Shown: piece after piece, positions 1-8,654 of the stretch
Layout: every line of letters begins with the position of its first letter
Position numbering within the stretch: the first letter of the stretch is position 1
Source: Candidatus Lokiarchaeum ossiferum
Lineage (GTDB): Archaea > Asgardarchaeota > Lokiarchaeia > Sigyniarchaeales > Promethearchaeaceae
DNA: 32,000 nucleotides
NCBI GenBank assembly: GCA_025839675.1
Contig: CP104013.1
Location: forward strand, 2,340,001 to 2,372,000
Reading direction: 5' to 3'
Position numbers and translations under genes: made by a program
Notes under the pieces: model-generated
The model's database searches: none
Seen by the model: the letters and a program-made list of their open reading frames with translations, nothing else
Told to the model about the DNA's origin: nothing

Positions 1-216
1 AGGTATCAAAATGGAACAAATAAAATTAGTGTAGATACTCAAGAGAGTCGAAATATGACAGGGGATAAAATCTTTCTATTATTTATTCTCTTGTGTTTCG
101 TGGCCTATTTCCTTGTGGCAATCATCGGATTGGAAGATTACCAACCAATGATTCAAAAAATTGTTTTGATCGTGATTCTCATCAGTAATTTCATTCTCGA
201 TGATGAGGATTATTAA
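1..216 (+). CDS. 3' end of an ORF open to the left window edge (or a 53-aa ORF from ATG 55); two hydrophobic helices, unknown function
   Basis: Frame 1 has no stop from nt 1 to TAA 214-216. The tail MTGDKIFLLFILLCFVAYFLVAIIGLEDYQPMIQKIVLIVILISNFILDDEDY has two hydrophobic segments. Not in the ORF track (edge or size cut-off). Confidence 0.3.
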   Translation, partial: RYQNGTNKISVDTQESRNMTGDKIFLLFILLCFVAYFLVAIIGLEDYQPMIQKIVLIVILISNFILDDEDY

Positions 217-275
217 AACAAATACATCATTTTTTATTTTTAAATATTATCTGGTTCTTAAAATGGAAAAAAAAT

Positions 276-500
276 TTAGATGTAGAGACTTTTTGATGGA
301 GTATCCAATTCTTTGATTAGTTCCTCTAAGTATTGTGCTTCTTCTTCGGTTAAAGCGAGGTCGTCTGTTTCATTTCTAAATTCTTTTTCTTCATTTAAGT
401 TCAATTCGCCATGCATGAGATCGATGTAAGTTTCGATAGTATGCATTGAAGGAACAAATTTATCGAAATCAACAACAATTGTGGGTTTAGGATTAACCAT
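276..500 (-). CDS. small acidic hypothetical protein (74 aa)
   Basis: ATG-initiated ORF co-directional with the downstream membrane-protein gene. Acidic, helical-looking C-terminal half (LTEEEAQYLEELIKELD). No recognisable motif. Confidence 0.4.
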   Translation of the reverse strand: MVNPKPTIVVDFDKFVPSMHTIETYIDLMHGELNLNEEKEFRNETDDLALTEEEAQYLEELIKELDTPSKSLYI

Positions 501-600
501 TGGTTTTCAAAATAATAGAGTAAATGCAACTATGTAAAAAAAATCGAGCCCATTATTTGTCATTAATTTCTCCGCAGATGATCATTTATATAGACCACCT

Positions 601-1554
601 TTAAATTTGAAGTTCCAAATACCGAACAAATAAGATGAAAAGGCTAAAAACAGAAAATCCTAAGAGGAAATAAAATGGTTTACCTTTTTCTTTTTCGGGA
701 ATAACTTCTCTGACAATTGTATATAAAATAACCCCTGAGATAAAGGAAAAAAGGATGTATAGAAATTCTAAATTTAGTGAAAAAGCCAGATCAATGACAA
801 TACCTGAGACTACACCCGTTATTGCTGAGGAAGCTAAAATATATTTACGTTTTCCACTTTGTCCCACAATAATTTCGATATCCAAATCTGAAAAAATGAC
901 TTGTTTTCCCTCCCGTTTAGAAACTACGGCCATAAAAAAGGCAAACAGGAAAAATAGTATTCCAGATAGAAGATCTACCAACAATAATCCGATTATAATG
1001 AGCCCTATTAAGAAATGATAAAAATATCCTGTAAAAAACTGCAACTCATCCCAATCTTTGTTAATATGATCATGAATTTTTATTTTAGTTGTTTGAATTT
1101 CTGAGCGGATTTGATTTTCTTGAATTTTCAAAGCTTTAGTTGTTTTAGCTAACTCACGCAAAGCATCTGTATGTAGTTCTTCTTCATTTAGTTCATTATT
1201 AATGATGTCATGAATATTATCTTCAACTAATTCCAAAGATTTTTCCTTTTGTACTAATTCCCGAACACGATGTTGGGACTTATATTCAACCCGTTGAAGA
1301 ATTAACTTTTCAGAGATATGAATGAAGGTGAACCCAAGTAACACGAAGAAGTATTCAAACGCGGTTAAATGCAATGGATATACTGGAAGACCTGCCGAAA
1401 TTTCTGGAAGAACGACTTGGAAGAAATATGCAATGGAAATACCTGCAATAAGAGATTTATGAATCCGAACATGATGATGATAAAAATCAACTAAATAAAA
1501 CAACACTCCAAATACTACCGCTAATATCGTAGGAACAATCCATTCTGTAGCCAT
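601..1554 (-). CDS. polytopic membrane protein with central charged coiled-coil loop (3 TM + ~100 aa loop + 4-5 TM); family unassigned
   Basis: Hydrophobic segments flank a K/E/Q-rich heptad-like segment (RVRELVQKEKSLELVEDNIHDIINNELNEEELHTDALRELAKTTKALKIQENQIRSEIQ). The track start at 1563 is TTG; the first ATG is at 1554 (MATEWIV...). Confidence 0.7.
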   Translation of the reverse strand: MATEWIVPTILAVVFGVLFYLVDFYHHHVRIHKSLIAGISIAYFFQVVLPEISAGLPVYPLHLTAFEYFFVLLGFTFIHISEKLILQRVEYKSQHRVRELVQKEKSLELVEDNIHDIINNELNEEELHTDALRELAKTTKALKIQENQIRSEIQTTKIKIHDHINKDWDELQFFTGYFYHFLIGLIIIGLLLVDLLSGILFFLFAFFMAVVSKREGKQVIFSDLDIEIIVGQSGKRKYILASSAITGVVSGIVIDLAFSLNLEFLYILFSFISGVILYTIVREVIPEKEKGKPFYFLLGFSVFSLFILFVRYLELQI

Positions 1555-1608
1555 GTTTCTCAAAGCTAATAGACCTTTTTAGGCTAAAAAATCAATGGTT
1601 ACTCGAAG

Positions 1609-2415
1609 GTGTTTTCCTTGGAATTCAACATTGAAACGTTTTTGAATGATTCACATAATTCGTCTTTTATTTTCTATCCACAAAAAATCAAAAAACCAAC
1701 GGAATTAGACCCAGATTGTTCCATTTTAGAGATAACAATGAAGGATGGAATTTCTATTGGTGGATTATTTTATTTAGGAGAGTCTTCACAACCCACACTC
1801 TTGATGTTCCATGGAAATGGAGAAATTGCAATGGAATATGAGGATATTATAGATCGGTATTTAAAATGTGGAGTTAACTGCGCCATCATGGATTTTCGAG
1901 GTTATGGATTTAGCGATGGAAGGCCAACTTATCTGAAATTAATCCAAGATTCATTACCAATTTATAAAAATATTTCTCAATGGCTTCAGAACCATAAATA
2001 TTCTCAAAGAATAATCCTCTTTGGAAGATCCTTGGGAAGCGTGTGTGCTGTAGAAATAGCCTCACATAATCCCCCACACTTAGAAGGAATTGTATTAGAA
2101 AGTGGGTTTTGTGATACATATACCCTTATGCGAAATTTATTTATGTTTAATGTACCAGAATTAACCCCAGAAGTAATAAAACCATGGTCAAATAAGATTC
2201 GAATTCAAAAAATTCAAGTTCCAGCACTCATCCTTCATGGTGCTCAAGATTGGATCATTCCTGTCACCCAAGCCAATGATATTAAAGTAAATTTAGTGAA
2301 ATCTTCGAAAATCAGCATCAAATTAATTGAACATGCGGGGCATAATGATATTCAAGGATTTCGAGATCAATATTTCTCAACACTTAAACAGTTTATTATC
2401 TCGGTATCGAAATAG
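1609..2415 (+). CDS. alpha/beta-fold serine hydrolase (ABHD13/Bem46-like)
   Basis: HGNGE oxyanion-region motif, FRGYGFSDGRP, nucleophile elbow GRSLGS, acid-region HGAQDWIIP, and catalytic His in HAGHND. GTG start; the fold requires the N-terminal FIFYPQ segment, so later ATGs are unlikely. Confidence 0.85.
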   Translation: MFSLEFNIETFLNDSHNSSFIFYPQKIKKPTELDPDCSILEITMKDGISIGGLFYLGESSQPTLLMFHGNGEIAMEYEDIIDRYLKCGVNCAIMDFRGYGFSDGRPTYLKLIQDSLPIYKNISQWLQNHKYSQRIILFGRSLGSVCAVEIASHNPPHLEGIVLESGFCDTYTLMRNLFMFNVPELTPEVIKPWSNKIRIQKIQVPALILHGAQDWIIPVTQANDIKVNLVKSSKISIKLIEHAGHNDIQGFRDQYFSTLKQFIISVSK

Positions 2416-2454
2416 CCAGATAAAGTTAAAATTGATTGAATCTGAGAACAAATT

Positions 2455-3228
2455 TCAGAGATCGAGTAAACTCTGGAAAAAATATTCTTCTTTAGGACCC
2501 TTGTTTTTTATGAATTGACGAAGGGCAGGAACGAAATCACTAATTAAAAGATTGATGACTTGATCACAAACGCCGGAACATTGTTCATAGATGGTATCAC
2601 ATCCATGTATATTGCAGAAATCCATCAATGAAAAGGAGATTTTAGATTTAACCAGGGGATGAAATTCATCAAAAATTTCTTTCACACCAAACAGGTGTTT
2701 AGGAGGAATATCCCTCAATTCAGATATGAATGAAATATTGAATTTTTGAGATATTTTATCTTCTGATTCTAAAAATAGTGCTTCTTCCCGAGCTAAATCA
2801 ATATATCTGTCTGTTGTTTCTTTAAGTTCCATTTTATCTGCAGTTTCAATAAAAAATTCTTTCTGCATGCGGCATTGATGCTTAGTTTTATCAAATTGAA
2901 TAGGAAATACACAACATTGAGCGGGACGAAGATTGGAATGAAAAATTTTACATCCATTTAGATTGGGATCAAAAAAAATGCATCGTTTTGTCTCTGGAGA
3001 TAAACGAATTCGGAATGCCAATGTATCACTACGAATAAAATCGGATTTCTGAGCAAGATTTGCTTCAATTAGTGCTTTAGCACCAGCAAAGGAGATCTCT
3101 TGGCTGGAATAACAACAGGCACCTTGACATACCTCGGAATCTAAACAATTCGTCCCCGAAATAGAACTAGTACATTTTTTATTGATGTTCAAAATAAGGG
3201 AGAGTAGAGGTTCCGAAAAACGTTCCAT
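2455..3228 (-). CDS. YkgJ/UPF0153-type Cys-rich zinc/iron-chelating domain protein (CxxCxxCC family)
   Basis: CLDSEVCQGACCYS followed by CIFFD...GCKIFHSNLRPAQCCVFP, matching the characteristic layout of the CxxCxxCC family. The track start at 3243 is TTG; the first ATG is at 3228. Confidence 0.7.
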   Translation of the reverse strand: MERFSEPLLSLILNINKKCTSSISGTNCLDSEVCQGACCYSSQEISFAGAKALIEANLAQKSDFIRSDTLAFRIRLSPETKRCIFFDPNLNGCKIFHSNLRPAQCCVFPIQFDKTKHQCRMQKEFFIETADKMELKETTDRYIDLAREEALFLESEDKISQKFNISFISELRDIPPKHLFGVKEIFDEFHPLVKSKISFSLMDFCNIHGCDTIYEQCSGVCDQVINLLISDFVPALRQFIKNKGPKEEYFFQSLLDL

Positions 3229-3354
3229 ATATGAAATAATCAAGATTTCCTTAAATTACTTGCTTAGAAATACATTTGAAAAACTGATGTGAATTCTTTT
3301 GGTTATTCATATTTGTAAACACTTTTATATCAATCGAGATTTTTATAAATAACC

Positions 3355-5166
3355 ATGAACAAGAAATTAAAAATCGTTTCCATTTTTTCAATTATCACGC
3401 TGATTTTTTGCAATTTTTGCATGAGCACCCAAGAATCTGTTTCTATAAGTGAAAAAGATGCAAATTATCAAATAGATTATTTAATTGTTACCCCTCAAGA
3501 TTTTATAGAATCAGTGATTCCATTGGCTTTATGGAAAACTCAAAGAGGTATTACATCAGCCATCATTTCAACAGAATCACTATTAAAAAATTTTAAGGGA
3601 TCAGATGATGCTGAAAAAATTCGAAATGGCATTGCTTATTACCAAGAGTTACACAATATTTCTTGGATCTTATTGGCGGGAAACAATGAATTTATCCCAG
3701 TAAACATAATAAAAATTTCATCTTATCAAGATCCGGTTTTTAATTTCATCGCATCGGATCAGTACTATTCTAATTTGGATCAAGCAATTTGGAAAACAAT
3801 AGAAAATGAATTAGGAGAAGATTATTTCACGCGTCAAAGTATATACAATAGTTACAAAGGATGGGAATCAGAAGTATTTTTAGGTCGTTTTCCCGCCGAA
3901 AACAGAAGTGAAGTAGCAAATTGGGTTCAACAACAGATCAAATACGAGCAAGCACCTCCGATTGGACCATGGATGAATCATGCAATATTAGCGGGAGGAT
4001 TTATTACCTTCGAGGAAGATCGAAATAATGATGGCCTGTGCTTATACTCAAATCGTGAACGTCCGGAATGTGATAGTAATGCATATCATAATTGGCTAAA
4101 TTCAACAGTGATTCCAGAAAATTGGACGCGATTATTATTAGCAGAGGCCAGTGGTGTCCATCCAACACAAAATAATTATGACGTCGCTCTAAATTCAATC
4201 AACTTGGTTAAAGAATTGAATAAAGGCGCCACACTTATAAATATTGGAGCCCATGGATGGGAAGCTAAAACCCTCCATCGAACCATATTTCAAAAGGATA
4301 TTGATCAAGATTCGATGCAAGATATTGGAGTTGATGCAGTTACCACTCGAGAAACGTTATCAGCAACATCAGATTTAAATAGTGAGGAACGAGAGGGTTT
4401 CTATTTTATAGAAAGTTGTACGATTGGAGAATTCTATCATAAAGGTGATCTCTTGATTGATAAACTATTAAATCAAAATGCCATTGGAATTATTGCCTCC
4501 GCTGGAGTTAGTAATGCAGATTTAGATTGGGATAACAATAGTAGAACTAGACCTGGAGGCTGGAATCAAGGGCTTTCTTCCAGATTCTGGGAACAAATTT
4601 TAATTCATGGAATTAATCAACCGGGAAAGGCATTAGAAGTTGCCAAACGAGATTACATGGCATCATTTCAAGGAACGCTTTCTAAAATTACTAGTGCTGA
4701 TTACCGCACTATCCATCAATTCAACTTATTCGGAGATCCGGAGGTCCCCTTATGGATGGGGATCCCAAATCGGATGAATGTTACTTTTTCAAATAATTCT
4801 GGAAAACTCCAATGCCAAGTTCTTAGTAATTCTTTTCCGCTCGATTCGGCCACAATCACGTTGATAAATTCTACTTTTTATTGGAAAGGGCAAATAGATA
4901 ATAATGGAATGGCAACTCTCCCAATTTCAAGTGAAAATCTTCAAGATGTCACAATCACAATTTCAAAAAACAAGTACATACCGTATCAAAAAACAATGCA
5001 AGAAACGATAACAACGTATCCTTGTATGTTGCTTGATTCAAGAGACGACGTAAATATCAATTCAATAGCTACACCAATTTTAACAATATTAATATTTGGC
5101 TTTTTTGGAGTGGTGTTTGTACTGAATAAAGGCTTTAAAAACAAATCGACCATTACTACAAAATAA
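3355..5166 (+). CDS. secreted, membrane-anchored gingipain-like cysteine peptidase (MEROPS C25-like, clan CD)
   Basis: N-terminal signal/TM (IVSIFSIITLIFCNFC). C25-type opening YLIVTPQDFIESVIPLALWKTQRG. His-Gly dyad region INIGAHGWE and catalytic Cys region FYFIESCTIGEF. C-terminal TM (ILTILIFGFFGVVFVL) plus a basic tail. Confidence 0.75.
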   Translation: MNKKLKIVSIFSIITLIFCNFCMSTQESVSISEKDANYQIDYLIVTPQDFIESVIPLALWKTQRGITSAIISTESLLKNFKGSDDAEKIRNGIAYYQELHNISWILLAGNNEFIPVNIIKISSYQDPVFNFIASDQYYSNLDQAIWKTIENELGEDYFTRQSIYNSYKGWESEVFLGRFPAENRSEVANWVQQQIKYEQAPPIGPWMNHAILAGGFITFEEDRNNDGLCLYSNRERPECDSNAYHNWLNSTVIPENWTRLLLAEASGVHPTQNNYDVALNSINLVKELNKGATLINIGAHGWEAKTLHRTIFQKDIDQDSMQDIGVDAVTTRETLSATSDLNSEEREGFYFIESCTIGEFYHKGDLLIDKLLNQNAIGIIASAGVSNADLDWDNNSRTRPGGWNQGLSSRFWEQILIHGINQPGKALEVAKRDYMASFQGTLSKITSADYRTIHQFNLFGDPEVPLWMGIPNRMNVTFSNNSGKLQCQVLSNSFPLDSATITLINSTFYWKGQIDNNGMATLPISSENLQDVTITISKNKYIPYQKTMQETITTYPCMLLDSRDDVNINSIATPILTILIFGFFGVVFVLNKGFKNKSTITTK

Positions 5167-5453
5167 AATATTTCATCATTACGAATTAATTCATTTTTTT
5201 TTAAATTTGACAAATTGGTGCATTAATTTTATAAAGATGAATAAACCGTGATTTGACGCCCTAATTCTTCTTAACAGTGTTTAAACCATTCTTAATAAAA
5301 AAATCCAAAATTCTTACTAACTTTTAAATACGTGCATTTTCTAATAATAGTTAGGTTTAGCTCCACAATCAAGATTGATTGTCGGCGTAAACCTCTCTCC
5401 AAAAAGCGCATTATGAACAACTTAACGAGAGAACTTGAAAAAAGACAAGGACG

Positions 5454-5741
5454 ATGAAAATGGAAGCCCTAAAAGAAATTATGAAAAATGCAAATCTAAT
5501 CATGGATGAAATTTATTGGAAGAACATTGATTCAGAGGCAATGCTCCATCTAAAAAATGCTGCAGGGGAATCTCTAACATCTATTAACCTTCATCTTCTC
5601 ACATTATTAAAAGTGGTTCAAAATGTTGTTGGAAAGGTCCCGAGTGAAGATGATATTTTAGATGACTTGGATCTTATCTTAGATCACAATCTTCATTTAC
5701 GCAAGAAAAAAAAAGGACGGTTGTGGAAGTCCAAAACTTAA
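5454..5741 (+). CDS. hypothetical helical protein (95 aa) with basic C-terminus
   Basis: ATG ORF in an otherwise empty interval. No recognisable motif. Preceded by a 14-codon uORF whose stop overlaps its start (ATGA). Confidence 0.4.
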   Translation: MKMEALKEIMKNANLIMDEIYWKNIDSEAMLHLKNAAGESLTSINLHLLTLLKVVQNVVGKVPSEDDILDDLDLILDHNLHLRKKKKGRLWKSKT

Positions 5742-5811
5742 CATCAAGATGATTCCATATTTTCCCTTGTTAAAATTGAAAGAAATACCAGAATTGTGTG
5801 ATTAATCTTGT

Positions 5812-5827
5812 GGGTAGGGAGGGTGGG
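5812..5827 (+). other. canonical G-quadruplex motif GGGTAGGGAGGGTGGG (loops 2,1,1 nt)
   Basis: Read directly from the sequence. It lies in the 167-nt gap between convergent genes (stops at 5741 and 5909), inside an imperfect inverted repeat (5803-5812 vs 5866-5877). Confidence 0.6.
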
Positions 5828-5908
5828 TAGAGAACAATAGATTTTCGTAAATATTGATCGAATTACACAAGAGATTATCCCTTTCTTTTTTTAAAAAAGA
5901 TTCTTTTT

Positions 5909-6379
5909 TTACTTTTCTATCATATTCGGCAATATTTCAAGTACAACCACCCATTTAGTCTCAGAATATTTTTCTAAACACACGATGCCCGCATTTTGGA
6001 AATCAATAGAGGTTTTTTCACCTTCTTGCCCCAATAAAAGCTGTGCAAATCGATTTAAGTGGGGTAGATGCCCAACAATCATAATATTGTCGTCCACACC
6101 AATTAGTTTTTGAAACCAAATTTGGGGATCATCGGACGGGTTTAATCCAGTTGTACTCCGAACCTCAGTTGCAGGATGCAAGATCTTTGCAATAATCTCT
6201 GCTGTTTGTTGAGCCCGTTTTTTTCCACTATGGAATATACAAGATATCTGAGGGTTTAATTGTTTTTTAGTAAAATGAACGATTTTTTCCAACGATTCTA
6301 TCCCTATTGGGGTGAGAGAACGTTCGGGATCATCTTGTTTACTATAAGCTAAAGCATGTTGTACAAGAAATAGTTTCAT
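5909..6379 (-). CDS. sixA: SixA-like histidine-phosphatase-superfamily protein (phosphohistidine phosphatase family)
   Basis: SixA size and layout: N-terminal MKLFLVQHALA (RHG-motif position), SLTPIG, SGKKRAQQTAEI, and C-terminal IVGHLPHL catalytic His motif. Confidence 0.7.
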   Translation of the reverse strand: MKLFLVQHALAYSKQDDPERSLTPIGIESLEKIVHFTKKQLNPQISCIFHSGKKRAQQTAEIIAKILHPATEVRSTTGLNPSDDPQIWFQKLIGVDDNIMIVGHLPHLNRFAQLLLGQEGEKTSIDFQNAGIVCLEKYSETKWVVVLEILPNMIEK

Positions 6380-6420
6380 AGATAATGTTTTAATAAGTCA
6401 GCAATAAAAAACTATGGTTT

Positions 6421-6888
6421 CTAATTCTCGAAGCAAAGACGCATTTCTACAAACGGATAAACACCTGCATTGGTTTTTTGGCTAAAATTTCGATATTTCT
6501 TAAACCCTAATTTTTCATAGGTTTTAATAGCTCGATGATTTTCTGTCCAAACGCTCAATGTAAATTGAGAGATACCAAATTTTTGTCGAGCAAAGGTTAA
6601 TCCCGCTTTGATAAATGGAAAACCTAAACCAAGTCCGGTTAATGAAGGTTTTAAGCCTAATCCGATTGAAATCCAGCCTTCTTTTTTCTCGAAATAGAAA
6701 TATCCTATGCCTTGTTCTTCGGTACTATGTACAATAAAAAAGTGATTAGGCCAGCTGAGAGGATCTAAAATTTCCTTCAAATCTTCTGGATCAGCACGGA
6801 AATCATAAAAGGCATATTTTCCTGAATAATGCCACTTCGCTATTTCATGCGCATATTGTATTTTCATCGGTTCAATGAGAAATTCCAT
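6421..6888 (-). CDS. GNAT family N-acetyltransferase
   Basis: Acetyl-CoA binding motif A region LKPSLTGLGLGFPFIKAGLTFARQKFG, then ENHRAIKTYEKLGFK. The track start at 6981 is TTG and leaves only 24 nt to the divergent gene; ATG 6888 (MEFLIEPMKIQYAHEIAKW) is more plausible. Confidence 0.8.
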   Translation of the reverse strand: MEFLIEPMKIQYAHEIAKWHYSGKYAFYDFRADPEDLKEILDPLSWPNHFFIVHSTEEQGIGYFYFEKKEGWISIGLGLKPSLTGLGLGFPFIKAGLTFARQKFGISQFTLSVWTENHRAIKTYEKLGFKKYRNFSQKTNAGVYPFVEMRLCFEN

Positions 6889-7005
6889 GGGTGTATAGTC
6901 AATCAAGAAAAACTTGCACTTGAAGTTTTCCCTCAAATAAATTAGATTACTTAAAGAAGTATCAAAAACTTTTATGATCAATAAAAATTATTCGAGAGAT
7001 TACCT

Positions 7006-7581
7006 ATGTTTGACGATGAAAAAGCCGAATGGGACAAATTCTTCGATTTCTTCAAAGAAAAATTCAATGAAGAAGTTGGATTGATGCCGGGAGTGTTTGA
7101 AAACGATGATTATGAGATTGATTTAATAGTCGGGGAAGAAACGGGAGATATCCTAGGAGTAAGAGTCATGCAATCGATAGCCTATGAAGATGATGAAGAA
7201 GACGAAGAAGGCGACGCAGAAATTGATGAAATTGCAACTGACGAAGAAGATGAAGAAGAAGATGAATCTGACATGGTGGAAATGATCCAATATGATTTCG
7301 TAAAAATGCCCATTGCAGAAACTGAAATTGAAGGAAAACCATATTTCCAACTCCAATTTGGAAGTCCAGAAGAAGAAAGCGAGGAAGAAGAAAAACAAGA
7401 TAAAGAAACTTCAACTGAAGACAAAGAAGAAAAGGAAGACAATGAATGGTTCAAATTAGTAATTTATTCAAAGAAGAACGAAAATGAAGAAGAAGAAATA
7501 ACGGGAGCGGTCATGGTTAATGAGAAAAATCCCGAAGAAATTACCGTCTTTGTTGAACATCCAGAATTGGAAGTTTTATAA
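7006..7581 (+). CDS. poly-acidic (D/E-rich) hypothetical protein, 191 aa
   Basis: ATG ORF. Long D/E runs (EDDEEDEEGDAEIDEIATDEEDEEEDESD; EEESEEEEKQDKETSTEDKEEKED) sit between short ordered-looking segments. The three antisense ORFs are codon-composition shadows. Confidence 0.55.
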   Translation: MFDDEKAEWDKFFDFFKEKFNEEVGLMPGVFENDDYEIDLIVGEETGDILGVRVMQSIAYEDDEEDEEGDAEIDEIATDEEDEEEDESDMVEMIQYDFVKMPIAETEIEGKPYFQLQFGSPEEESEEEEKQDKETSTEDKEEKEDNEWFKLVIYSKKNENEEEEITGAVMVNEKNPEEITVFVEHPELEVL

Positions 7582-7631
7582 AGAAAAAAATTTTCAACCA
7601 TTTTTTTAACTTTTACCCACAGTTCCGTCTT

Positions 7632-8654
7632 TCATAAATGAAAAGAATCAAAAATGGCTTCATCCCGATCGCGCGGGAAGATTTTTACTTCTATTTCATC
7701 AGTAATTTTAAAGAGAGTCGTATTCATGGTCATGTGAACGACATTATGAGGCTCTAACTTACCCTTAATAAAAACGTGATCGTCCCATAAGAGTTTCAAC
7801 ATATCTGAATGAGTAGGTGATACTTGAGAAAGCAACTCACATCCTCGTTCATACCGGATGCGAGTGGTTGAAATTTCATCCGAAGGAATGGCAATAAATG
7901 AGAGTTTTTCAGAGATATAATGATTAGTTCGATAATAAACATCGTGAATTTCCGTGAGAGCATGATCGTTACCAGTTATTTCCAAATTAACTGCCCGATG
8001 TTCTTTCAGTGATATTATATTGTAACTAACACCACCTGATCTGGGAGAAAACTTAACCGCCCGATCGATAGCATCTTGGATAGATGTAGATTCTAACATC
8101 CATCTTCCTAAAATAGTCCGAGGAATCCCAATCGCTTTCACAGGATCAGGAACATAGTTACATGTGATTACAATTCCATGGGAGTTAAATCCGTGAGAAA
8201 ATCCAGGAACACATCCAGGATACGCATGAGTAAAAATCTGGCATCCATCTTGTAAATTTATAGTCACATAATAAGAATTATCCACTAAAATTTTGTGTAA
8301 GTCTTCATTGTGGCCAATTAAAATGCGATCTGGGGTTTTTATCACCAAGGTAGAACAATTTTCATCGTCATAAAGATGCATCAAATTCATTAAAAGAATG
8401 GAACGAAAATTTTGGGAAGCACCATCGGCGATCCCCTTGATTTCTTGCAGATATTGGGGGAAATGTTCTTCAATTAATCTTAACGCTTGATCAGCGATAG
8501 CAGGATTTTTTTGATCCTGAGACCAAAGGTGTTGAAATCGTGCACTTTGAAGTAAGGTTTGGGTAATGTTATTCAAAAAATGTTCTCCGATTGCAAATCC
8601 AATGTCATAATTCGATCCTTCTGCTATGAAATGAGGAAAATGGGTAAAAGTCAT
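7632..8654 (-). CDS. Ntn-hydrolase, peptidase C45 / acyl-CoA:6-aminopenicillanic-acid acyltransferase-like
   Basis: Candidate self-processing nucleophile in DDENCSTLVIKTPDRILIGHNED, with N-terminal GSNYDIGFAIGEHF. Length and layout are typical of the C45 family. Confidence 0.65.
   Translation of the reverse strand: MTFTHFPHFIAEGSNYDIGFAIGEHFLNNITQTLLQSARFQHLWSQDQKNPAIADQALRLIEEHFPQYLQEIKGIADGASQNFRSILLMNLMHLYDDENCSTLVIKTPDRILIGHNEDLHKILVDNSYYVTINLQDGCQIFTHAYPGCVPGFSHGFNSHGIVITCNYVPDPVKAIGIPRTILGRWMLESTSIQDAIDRAVKFSPRSGGVSYNIISLKEHRAVNLEITGNDHALTEIHDVYYRTNHYISEKLSFIAIPSDEISTTRIRYERGCELLSQVSPTHSDMLKLLWDDHVFIKGKLEPHNVVHMTMNTTLFKITDEIEVKIFPRDRDEAIFDSFHL

Noticed and set aside
5208-5219. Shared 12-mer TGACAAATTGGT at 5208-5219 and 17558-17569, both in intergenic DNA near surface-protein genes, with the reverse-complement core at ~29578
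   Set aside because: A rough composition-based estimate gives many chance 12-mer matches in 32 kb of AT-rich sequence and a few even within intergenic DNA alone. There is no extended similarity around the core.
5353-5394. The structured 42-nt element was considered as a tRNA or fragment of a structured RNA gene
   Set aside because: It is too short and has only two nested stems, with no acceptor/T-arm/anticodon architecture. It is kept only as a low-interest hairpin.
5706-5714. A9 homopolymer near the 3' end of the 95-aa ORF, considered as a programmed-frameshift or phase-variation site
   Set aside because: It encodes the KKKK of a basic tail 9 codons from the stop, and no extended alternative frame follows. 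Homopolymers are common in this AT-rich sequence.
7153-7454. Three overlapping minus-strand ORFs (81-90 aa) inside the poly-acidic gene
   Set aside because: Reverse complements of GAA/GAT/GAG-rich codons give stop-free F/S/L-rich frames. Three mutually overlapping frames cannot all be real. The sense ORF has the ATG and the sensible boundaries.
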